In this document: positions 1 through 7,894 of the stretch, piece by piece
Layout of the letters: the number at the start of each line of letters is the position of its first letter
How positions within the stretch are numbered: the first letter of the stretch is position 1
Source: Candidatus Eiseniibacteriota bacterium
GTDB lineage: Bacteria > Eisenbacteria > RBG-16-71-46 > JABDJR01
Direction: 5' to 3'
DNA: 64,000 nucleotides
Assembly: GCA_963762255.1 (NCBI GenBank)
Contig: CAVXKA010000002.1
Coordinates: 1,024,001-1,088,000 of the forward strand
Made by a program: the position numbers and the translations under genes
Notes under the pieces: model-generated
Told to the model about the DNA's origin: nothing
Database searches by the model: none
What the model saw: the letters and a program-made list of their open reading frames with translations, nothing else

Positions 1-614
1 CTCACCAGGGTGGCGCTCCACCCCGGGCAGAGACCATTGATGTTCCAGAAGATGCCGGCCGGATCCTGGCAGTCCATGATGACGTGGACGTAGGAGTTCC
101 CCGCCCCGGGGCAGATCAGGAGCTGGCCGAAGTGATAGTTGACGCTACCGGTCCCCGGAGGGGTCCAGAAGATGTCCACGTTTCCGTTCCAGAAGGTGGG
201 CGCCGGGCACACATCTGCCAGACCGGTGATTCCGGGAGCGGTGCCGCCTGCGCCACCACCAGGACCGCCGCCGGGAAGGATCGTCGCGGCGCTGGGCGGG
301 AGACTGCTCAGAGCGGCATCGAAGAACACGTCGAAGAAGGAATCCGCAGCCAACTCGGGAACGTCGAATGTTCCGATGGGACCCGAATTGGGCACGAATG
401 CGCCGAACGGCTGAGAGCTCATCATGCCGGATACAGCACTGGAGGGGGCACCTGGATCGGGGTTGTGGAACTGGACATGGAACCGGACGCTCTGTCCGAT
501 CGTCTCCCAGTCGACTTGACTGACCTCGACATCCGCCGAAGAGAGAGCGGGGAGGCCGAGTAGGGGAAGGGCAAAGAGCGCCGCCACCGTGCTCCACTTA
601 GCAAAGCGGGACAT
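1..614 (-). CDS. Secreted hypothetical protein, runs off the window edge (absent from the ORF track)
   Basis: Manual translation from ATG at 614 with AAAGGAG RBS gives MSRFAKWSTVAALFALPLLGLPALSSA|DVEVSQVDW... It has a signal peptide and a DSFFDVFF motif, and stays open to position 1. Confidence 0.75.
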   Translation of the reverse strand, partial: MSRFAKWSTVAALFALPLLGLPALSSADVEVSQVDWETIGQSVRFHVQFHNPDPGAPSSAVSGMMSSQPFGAFVPNSGPIGTFDVPELAADSFFDVFFDAALSSLPPSAATILPGGGPGGGAGGTAPGITGLADVCPAPTFWNGNVDIFWTPPGTGSVNYHFGQLLICPGAGNSYVHVIMDCQDPAGIFWNINGLCPGWSATLV

Positions 615-882
615 GAGTGACTCCTTTGGTTAATTGGGGATCATAATCTCCGTCGAAACGGACCGCGGCGCAGAGGGTCGGGGCCATGAAGATCGGGACC
701 GCGAACTGCGAGTCAGACCCTACCCAGCGCCGCGGGTGGGATACATGACTGAAACAGTATTCTTTCTGGCTAGCCCGTGTCTACGCCAAATCTCACTTTT
801 TTTGACATCAAAGCGAAGTGCGCCGTCTCGCCCGTCGAGCCTCTAACTCATTACAGTTTAATGATTTAACGCCAGACCGGGG

Positions 883-1326
883 TCAGCGGGTCAACACGAG
901 GTTCAGCTTGGCCGGCTCATCGATGTCGTCGTTATCGTAGTCGAACTCGACGTCGGCCCCGCTCATCCTCAGTTCGTCGGTCGAGTACTCCACATCGAAC
1001 TGCCATGAGAAGAGCATGCCTGTCGGTGTGACCGTCATCATGTCCGTGCTGAGCTGCCACGTGCCGGTCGTCACGTTGGCGACGCCGCCGGCAGGCGTGA
1101 TCGTGTATACCAAGGAGTTGTCCGTGTTGAGAACGAGTGACGCGGACCCCCCGAGGGCGATCAGATCCACCATCGGTACCCCTGCCGGGGTCGTGTACTC
1201 GACCTTTGTCGCCTGCCACGTGCCTGTGATCTCGGCCTTGCTGGGACCGGAGGGATCGTCGCCGCCGCAACCCATCCCCACGACCAAGAGCAGAACCATG
1301 CAGCCCGCGAGCCATCTCAATCGCAT
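883..1326 (-). CDS. Lipoprotein with lipocalin-like beta domain
   Basis: ATG at 1326 after GGAGG; lipobox-like GMGC; ITGTW and TTGTW motifs typical of lipocalin-like domains. Confidence 0.7.
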   Translation of the reverse strand: MRLRWLAGCMVLLLVVGMGCGGDDPSGPSKAEITGTWQATKVEYTTPAGVPMVDLIALGGSASLVLNTDNSLVYTITPAGGVANVTTGTWQLSTDMMTVTPTGMLFSWQFDVEYSTDELRMSGADVEFDYDNDDIDEPAKLNLVLTR

Positions 1327-1403
1327 GTGCACCTCCCGGACGCGTGCGCCCGTCGGGAGTATGAGGAGATTCGGGCACGGGGACAAGGTCGGGGCCGCAC
1401 GCA

Positions 1404-1442
1404 GTCAAGGACCTTGACCCTTGCGTCACGTTCGATTAGTAT
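1404..1442 (+). promoter_or_regulatory. Sigma70-like promoter overlapping a 15-bp palindrome in a divergent intergenic region
   Basis: TTGACC (1414-1419), 17-bp spacer, TAGTAT (1437-1442); palindrome GTCAAGG-A-CCTTGAC at 1404-1418. Confidence 0.55.
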
Positions 1443-1522
1443 TCAAGAACTTACTGCTGGAGCGCATCCCCCCCGCGCAGCATGAGAATCTTCCAGATTC
1501 ACCCTTCACTGTGAGGTGTCGA

Positions 1523-2236
1523 ATGAAGCGATTGCTATGCATCCCGACTCTGTCCGCGCTGCTTCTCCTGCCCGTCCTTGCCACGGCCGCACCCGTAGAC
1601 GGTGTCTACAGGTCGAACGACTTTCCCCCTCCCTTTACCGGCACTCTCCTGACCGGCCGCGCCTCGACATGGCGTCCCACCATCAACTCCGGCCTTCCCC
1701 ACGTGCTCCACGCGCAGTCGTGGGATGGAACGACCCTTGGGACCCAGTGGGAGATCAACTGCGCGGTCGAGAACAGCGGGTACTCGGTCCAGGACAACAC
1801 TCTGAACGGCACGGGGACGATCATTTATACCTCCACGTTCCAGGGGGGGACGTTTACGTTCTTCGCCGGCGGCTGGCCCTGGGGTGACGGGACAGGGACG
1901 CTGGGCACGACGAACCTCACCACGACGGTCACGTTCATGGGGGGCTACCCGATGGGCTCGGTGGTGAACGGCACCACCAGCGGGATTTTCGTGGGCGGCT
2001 GCGAGCTTTCGTTCGCCATTGCCAACGGATCGGGCATCGGCGAGACAACGAGTCTGTTTCCCACTCTCACCAAGCCGGCCGACTACCCGACCTTCCTGGA
2101 CGGCACCTGCGGCCCGGCGTCGCCCACCCAGCAGTACGGCACCTGGGGCACGGTCCTCACCATCACGCTGGGGATCCACTGCCCCGTCCCCACCGAGCAG
2201 ACGACCTGGGGCAAGGTGAAGGCGCTCTACCGCTAG
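1523..2236 (+). CDS. Secreted Gly/Thr-rich protein with C-terminal TWGKVKALYR tail
   Basis: ATG at 1523 after GAGG; signal peptide MKRLLCIPTLSALLLLPVLATA; ends PVPTEQTTWGKVKALYR. Confidence 0.8.
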   Translation: MKRLLCIPTLSALLLLPVLATAAPVDGVYRSNDFPPPFTGTLLTGRASTWRPTINSGLPHVLHAQSWDGTTLGTQWEINCAVENSGYSVQDNTLNGTGTIIYTSTFQGGTFTFFAGGWPWGDGTGTLGTTNLTTTVTFMGGYPMGSVVNGTTSGIFVGGCELSFAIANGSGIGETTSLFPTLTKPADYPTFLDGTCGPASPTQQYGTWGTVLTITLGIHCPVPTEQTTWGKVKALYR

Positions 2237-2265
2237 GCGAAGCGCGAAGTACCTGAGTTTATGAC

Positions 2266-2304
2266 GCGGCCGCCCGAGGCACCTCGGGCGGCCGCTCTCG
2301 TTTT
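2266..2304 (+). terminator. Rho-independent terminator
   Basis: GCGGCCGCCCGAGG-CA-CCTCGGGCGGCCGC followed by TCTCGTTTT, just after the stop at 2236. Confidence 0.7.
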
Positions 2305-2418
2305 CCGGGTGGGCGCAGACTCGGGAGGCGCGATATCTGACATTGAGCATGGACTCGCCTTGGGGAGTCGGGGCAGTATGAGGGGCACGGTTTGGCCTGC
2401 AGTGAGGAGGGGAAGCCC

Positions 2419-3489
2419 GTGAACGAGAGATCCATTCGCTTTGTGGCTCGGTGGTTTGCCGTCGTGCTTGCGGTCCTCGTGCTGGCAGGGTGTGCCAGGA
2501 AGACCGATTCCGACAGCGCAAGCAACCAGGGAACGAAGAAGTCGACCGTGAAGGCCGCCATGGTCACCGATGTCGGAGGCCTCGGCGATCGCTCCTTCAA
2601 CGATCTCTCCTACGCCGGCCTGCAACGGGCGCAGACCGAGTTTGGAGTCGAGATCAAGGTGCTCGAGTCACGCGAGATCGCGGACTACGCCTCCAACATC
2701 GATCAGCTTGCCCACGCGGGATACAGCCCGATCTTTACCGTCGGCTTCCTGATGCAGGACGCGCTCGCGCGGGAGGCGCCCAACTACGCGGAAACCAAGT
2801 TCGGGGCTATCGACGAGTTCTTCGAGAGTCCGGCGCCGAACGTGGCGGGAATCCTCTTCAAGGAGCAGGAGGCCGGGTATCTGGCCGGCGTGGTAGCCGG
2901 CCTCGCCACGCGCTCGGGCTTCGACCCCCGGCTCAACCCCGACAACATCGTGGGGTTCGTGGGCGGCATGGACATTCCCCCCGTCGAGCGCTACGAGGTG
3001 GGCTTCGTGGCCGGCGTGAAGTCGATCGATCCGCAAGCCCGCGTTCTCATCCTCTACGCCGGGAAGTTCGACGATCAGGCCAAGGGCAAGGAGATCGGCC
3101 TCTCCCTCATCGACCAGAAGGCCGACGTCATCTTCGCCGCCGCCGGCCAGTCGGGCCTCGGCACCATAAAGGCCTGCCAGGAACGGGGCGCCCTGTTCAT
3201 CGGCGTGGACGCCGATCAATTCGAGACCGTCCCCGGCTCCGGTGACGTCATGCTCACGTCCGCGGTGAAGCGCCTGGACGTGGCCGTCTACAACACCGTG
3301 AAGGCTGTCGTGGAGGGCACCTGGACCGGCGGGCACAGCCGGTTCTACGGCATCGAAGACGACGCCGTCGGCCTCGCTCCGTATCACGACTTCGAATCGA
3401 AAGTTCCGGCGGAGATCAAGGACGCGGTCGCGAAGGCTTCGCAGGACATCGTGAACCGGGCGGTGGTCGTCCCCGACGCGCGGCCGTAA
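2419..3489 (+). CDS. BMP-family (nucleoside) ABC transporter substrate-binding lipoprotein
   Basis: Lipobox LAGC; DVGGLGDRSFN, FKEQEAGYLAG and IGVDADQ motifs. Confidence 0.92.
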   Translation: MNERSIRFVARWFAVVLAVLVLAGCARKTDSDSASNQGTKKSTVKAAMVTDVGGLGDRSFNDLSYAGLQRAQTEFGVEIKVLESREIADYASNIDQLAHAGYSPIFTVGFLMQDALAREAPNYAETKFGAIDEFFESPAPNVAGILFKEQEAGYLAGVVAGLATRSGFDPRLNPDNIVGFVGGMDIPPVERYEVGFVAGVKSIDPQARVLILYAGKFDDQAKGKEIGLSLIDQKADVIFAAAGQSGLGTIKACQERGALFIGVDADQFETVPGSGDVMLTSAVKRLDVAVYNTVKAVVEGTWTGGHSRFYGIEDDAVGLAPYHDFESKVPAEIKDAVAKASQDIVNRAVVVPDARP

Positions 3490-3516
3490 CGCCGGAGGGG
3501 GCAAGCAGGAGAGACG

Positions 3517-5061
3517 ATGCCCATCCTGGAGCTTCGCGACATCACCAAGATCTTCCCGGGCGTCGTCGCGAACGACCGGGTGTCGCTGAGCTTGGATCGG
3601 GGCGAGATCGTGGCTCTTCTCGGAGAGAACGGCGCCGGGAAGAGCACGCTCATGAACATCGCCTACGGGCTTCTCGCGCCGGACGGCGGGGAGATGCTCG
3701 TCGACGACCGACCGGTTCGGATTCGTTCGCCTCGGCAGGCCATCGCACTCGGAATCGGGATGGTGCACCAGCACTTCATGCTGGTGGAGACGCTCACCGT
3801 CACCGAGAACATCGTGCTCGGCCGCGAGCCCGCCAGGGCCGGCGTGATCGACTTCGGCGCCGCGCGCGCCCGCGTGCGGGAACTCTCCGAGCGCTACGGT
3901 CTCGAAGTCGATCCCGACGCCCGCATCCGCGATCTCTCCGTCGGTCTGCAACAGCGCGTGGAGATCCTGAAGGCGCTCTACCAGGGCGCGCGCATCCTCA
4001 TCCTCGACGAGCCGACCGCCGTGCTCACTCCCGGCGAGGTGAGCGAACTCTTCAGGGTCATCCGATCGCTCGTCGCGAACGGGCTGGCCGCCCTGTTCAT
4101 CACGCACAAGCTTGACGAGGTTCTCACCGCGGCCGACCGCGTGGTGGTGATGCGCGACGGCAAGGTGGTCGGAGAGACGCGGCCGGCGGATACCGATGAA
4201 GTGGGACTCGCCAGGATGATGGTGGGACGGGAAGTGGTTCTGCGCGTGGAGAAAACCCCGAGCCGTCCCGGCGCGCCCGTGCTTCACGTGCAGGATCTGC
4301 GCGTGCGCGACGATCGCGGTCTCGATGCGGTGCGCGGCGTGTCGTTCGCCGTGCGAGGGGGCGAGATCGTCGCGTTGGCAGGGGTCGACGGTAACGGACA
4401 GCGCGAGCTGGTCGAGGCGATCGTGGGGTTGCGCCGCGCGACGTCGGGGGCGATCTCGCTCCTGGGGCGAGACACCACGCGGGGCAGCGCGCGGGACGCC
4501 ATCGCCGCCGGGGTGTCCCATGTTCCCGAGGACCGGCATCGCCGCGGCCTCGTTCTCGAGTTCGACATCGCCGAGAACCTGATCCTGGGCGATCACCGCC
4601 GCGCTCCCTACGCGATCCATGGAATCCTCCACCCGTCCGCGATCACGGAGACCGCGCTGCGACGCATCCGTGACTACGACGTGCGCACACCTTCTGAGAA
4701 GACACCCGCGGCGAGCCTATCCGGCGGTAATCAGCAGAAGGTCGTGCTCGCGCGCGAGCTGGGACGCGAGCCGAAGCTCCTTGTGGCGGCGCAGCCCACG
4801 CGGGGGCTCGACGTGGGCGCGATCGAGTTCGTGCACCGGCGCATCCTCGCCGCGCGCGACGCGGGAAAAGCCGTCCTCTTGGTGAGCCTCGAGTTGGAGG
4901 AAGTGCTGGCACTGGCCGATCGCATCCTGGTCGTCTACGGAGGGAGGATCGTGAAGGAACTTCCCGCCGCCGAGGCGACCAAGGAGCTGCTCGGCCTGCA
5001 CATGACCGGCGGCGGATCGGCGCCGGCGGGCGTGGCAGTCGCGCCGGAGCCGCGCGGATGA
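3517..5061 (+). CDS. Nucleoside/sugar ABC transporter ATP-binding protein (double ABC)
   Basis: GENGAGKST Walker A; LILDEPT; LSGGNQQK; QPTRGLDVGA. Confidence 0.95.
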   Translation: MPILELRDITKIFPGVVANDRVSLSLDRGEIVALLGENGAGKSTLMNIAYGLLAPDGGEMLVDDRPVRIRSPRQAIALGIGMVHQHFMLVETLTVTENIVLGREPARAGVIDFGAARARVRELSERYGLEVDPDARIRDLSVGLQQRVEILKALYQGARILILDEPTAVLTPGEVSELFRVIRSLVANGLAALFITHKLDEVLTAADRVVVMRDGKVVGETRPADTDEVGLARMMVGREVVLRVEKTPSRPGAPVLHVQDLRVRDDRGLDAVRGVSFAVRGGEIVALAGVDGNGQRELVEAIVGLRRATSGAISLLGRDTTRGSARDAIAAGVSHVPEDRHRRGLVLEFDIAENLILGDHRRAPYAIHGILHPSAITETALRRIRDYDVRTPSEKTPAASLSGGNQQKVVLARELGREPKLLVAAQPTRGLDVGAIEFVHRRILAARDAGKAVLLVSLELEEVLALADRILVVYGGRIVKELPAAEATKELLGLHMTGGGSAPAGVAVAPEPRG

Positions 5062-6158
5062 GCGCGGGCAGCCCCACCCGCGCGGGCGCAGGGCGCTGGT
5101 CGGCCTTCCTCCGAGGGGCGGGGGTTCCGCTCGCGTCCGTCGTGTTGGCGGTGCTCATCGGCTCGATCTTCATCCTCGCCTCCGGTCGCGACCCCGCACT
5201 CGCTTTCGCCGCGCTCTTCCATGGCGCGTTCGGCGGCGCGCGTCAGATCGGCGAGACGCTCATGCGGGCCACCCCGCTCATCCTCACCGGGCTCGCGGTG
5301 GCCTATGGATTCCGAGCCGGGCTGTTCAACATCGGCGCCGAGGGCCAGCTCTTCCTGGGCGGCCTCGCTGCCGCGTGGCTCGGCATCGTGTTGGCCGGGC
5401 TTCCCTGGTGGGTCATCGTGCCGGCCCTGCTCGTCGCGGCGGCGCTTGCCGGCGCGGCATGGGCATTCGTGCCCGCGCTGCTCAAAGCACGGGTGGGCGC
5501 GCACGAAGTCATCACCACGATGATGTTCTCGTATATCGGGCGCTATCTGGTCTCGTGGCTCGTCACCGGCCCGCTGAAGGGACCGGGGCAGATCCCACAG
5601 ACCGCGGCGCTTCCTCCCGAATCCACGCTGCCACGGCTCTCCGACGTCTTCACGATGCTCCCCGCGAGCCGCGCACATGTCGGGATCATCGTCGCCCTGG
5701 TTGCCGCGGTGGCGGTGTGGCTTCTGCTCAAGTACACGATCCTCGGTTTCGAAGCGCGCTCGGTGGGCTTCAATCCGTCCGCGTCGGAGAACTCGGGTAT
5801 CTCGGTGCGCGCCACCACGGTGAAGTCGCTCTGCATCTCCGGCGCCTTGGCCGGGCTTGCCGGCGCGGTCGAGGTGATGGGCGTGCACGGGCGGCTCTTC
5901 GATCAGTTCTCCTCCGGGTTCGGCTTCACCGGGATCGCGGTCGCGCTCCTGGCCAAGAACAACCCGCTCGCGGTGATCGCAACCGCGATCCTGTTCGGGG
6001 CGCTCTCGGCGGGGGCCGGCACCATGCAGCTCGAGGCGGACGTTCCCCAGAAGCTGATCTACATCATCCAGGCCCTGGTCATCTTCTTCGTGGCGGCGGA
6101 ATCGATCGTGCGCTGGGCGGTGCGACGGCGGCAGAAGGCGAGGCTGGCCGGTGGTTGA
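5058..6158 (+). CDS. ABC transporter permease (BPD_transp_2)
   Basis: GLFNIGAEGQ and GFTGIAVALL motifs; multiple TM segments; overlaps the upstream stop. Confidence 0.93.
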   Translation: MSAGSPTRAGAGRWSAFLRGAGVPLASVVLAVLIGSIFILASGRDPALAFAALFHGAFGGARQIGETLMRATPLILTGLAVAYGFRAGLFNIGAEGQLFLGGLAAAWLGIVLAGLPWWVIVPALLVAAALAGAAWAFVPALLKARVGAHEVITTMMFSYIGRYLVSWLVTGPLKGPGQIPQTAALPPESTLPRLSDVFTMLPASRAHVGIIVALVAAVAVWLLLKYTILGFEARSVGFNPSASENSGISVRATTVKSLCISGALAGLAGAVEVMGVHGRLFDQFSSGFGFTGIAVALLAKNNPLAVIATAILFGALSAGAGTMQLEADVPQKLIYIIQALVIFFVAAESIVRWAVRRRQKARLAGG

Positions 6159-6192
6159 CTTGCTGACGGCAGATCCGGTGAAGGCATGACCC

Positions 6193-7146
6193 GTGGTTGA
6201 CCAAATCCTCACTCCAGATCTTCTCGCCTCGGCCATTCGCATGGCTACGCCGCTCGCGTTGGCGGCGATCGGGGGAACGATCTGCGAGCGCGCGGGTGTG
6301 GTCAACATCGCGCTCGAAGGGATGATGCTCGTGGGTGCATTCGCCGGAGTGGCGGTGGCGCTGGTCACCGGCGACACCTGGGTGGGCGTGCTGGCGGCAA
6401 TGGCCGCGGGCATGCTCTTCGCCGGACTTCACGCGTTCGCCTCGATCACGCTCCGCGCGGATCAGGTGGTGTCCGGCACCGCGATCAACATCCTCGCTCT
6501 CGGTCTCACCGGATTCCTGATGGAGGTCGTCTACGGGCATCCCGGTACCACCGACGCCGCCGCGACGCTCGCTCCCCTCTTCCACACTCAAGGACCGACG
6601 CAGGGCTTCTTCGGGGGACTCTGGCGCTGGGTGAGCGGCATCTTCTTGAGCCACACGCCGCTCGTCTACGTCACCGTCGCAATCGCTGTCGCCGCGCACT
6701 GGGCGATGTTTCGCACGACGTGGGGATTGCGGTTGCGAGCGCTCGGCGAGCACCCGCGCGCCGCCGACACGGTCGGCGTGAGCGTGACGCGAGGGCGCTA
6801 CGTGGCGGTGTTGATGAGCGGAGCCCTGGCCGGACTGGCCGGCGCCAATCTCTCTCTCGAACAGGTCGGAAGCTTCACCGAGGGAATGACCAGCGGCCGC
6901 GGGTTCATCGCGCTCGCCGCCAACATTTTCGGCCGGTGGACGCCGGTCGGCTCGTACCTCGCCTCCCTCCTCTTCGGGTTCGCCGACGCATTGCAGATCA
7001 AGATGCAGATCCTGCGCGACATCGTGAACGTTCCCCCTCAACTCTTCTGGATGCTCCCCTACATCCTGACCGTGGTCGTGCTGGCGGGGGTGATGGGACG
7101 CGCAATCGCGCCGGCGGCGATCGGGAAGCCGTACGAGAAGGAGTGA
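6193..7146 (+). CDS. ABC transporter permease (BPD_transp_2)
   Basis: ERAGVVNIALEGMML, GRGFIALAA and LPYILT motifs. Confidence 0.93.
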   Translation: MVDQILTPDLLASAIRMATPLALAAIGGTICERAGVVNIALEGMMLVGAFAGVAVALVTGDTWVGVLAAMAAGMLFAGLHAFASITLRADQVVSGTAINILALGLTGFLMEVVYGHPGTTDAAATLAPLFHTQGPTQGFFGGLWRWVSGIFLSHTPLVYVTVAIAVAAHWAMFRTTWGLRLRALGEHPRAADTVGVSVTRGRYVAVLMSGALAGLAGANLSLEQVGSFTEGMTSGRGFIALAANIFGRWTPVGSYLASLLFGFADALQIKMQILRDIVNVPPQLFWMLPYILTVVVLAGVMGRAIAPAAIGKPYEKE

Positions 7147-7186
7147 GGTCGCTGCGGGTCGCACCGGGGCGTCGGTGCGTGGACAG

Positions 7187-7894
7187 CTACTCGTCGACCA
7201 ATCGGTAGCCCACGCCCGGCTCCGTTCGCAGATAGCGCGGCCGGGCCGGAGTCTCTTCGAGCTTCTTGCGCAGTTGCTGCATGTAGACCCGGATGTAGTG
7301 CGCCTGCTCGTGAAACGACTCGCCCCACACGTCGCGCAGGAGCTGGCGATGGGTGACGACCTTGCCCGCGTGGTGCACCAGAACTGCGAGAAGGTTGAAC
7401 TCCGTGGGGGTGAGATGCACTTCCTCGCCGCGTAGCGAGACCTCGCGGCGGCTCAAGTCAACGCGCAAGTTCCCGACCTCGTAGACGGGATCCTCGTCCC
7501 CGTGCGCCGCCCGCGCCGCATGCCGCAGCGCGACGCGCATGCGGGCGGTCAGCTCGCCCACTCCGAATGGTTTGGTCACGTAGTCGTCGGCGCCGGCGTC
7601 GAGAGCGGCGATCTTGTCGGCCTCCTGGCCGCGGGCGGAGAGCACGAGGATCGGCGTCGAGGACCACTCCCGGATGCGGCGCGCGACCGTGAGGCCGTCG
7701 ATGTCCGGCAACCCGAGATCGAGGATGATCAAGTCCGGCTGTTGCGAGGCGGCCAGGCTGAGCCCCTCGGCGCCGTTCACCGCCTCGTGGAGACGGTACC
7801 CCTGACTGGACAGCGTAGCCCGCAGGAACCGACGGATCTGGTGATCGTCCTCGATGATCAGAACCGTGTGCTTGGTGGGAGTTGCGTCGTTCAT
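7187..7894 (-). CDS. kdpE: KdpE response regulator
   Basis: Start MNDATPTK at 7894; IILDLGLPDIDG, GADDYVTKPF and winged-helix TEPGVGY; lies next to kdpD. Confidence 0.93.
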   Translation of the reverse strand: MNDATPTKHTVLIIEDDHQIRRFLRATLSSQGYRLHEAVNGAEGLSLAASQQPDLIILDLGLPDIDGLTVARRIREWSSTPILVLSARGQEADKIAALDAGADDYVTKPFGVGELTARMRVALRHAARAAHGDEDPVYEVGNLRVDLSRREVSLRGEEVHLTPTEFNLLAVLVHHAGKVVTHRQLLRDVWGESFHEQAHYIRVYMQQLRKKLEETPARPRYLRTEPGVGYRLVDE

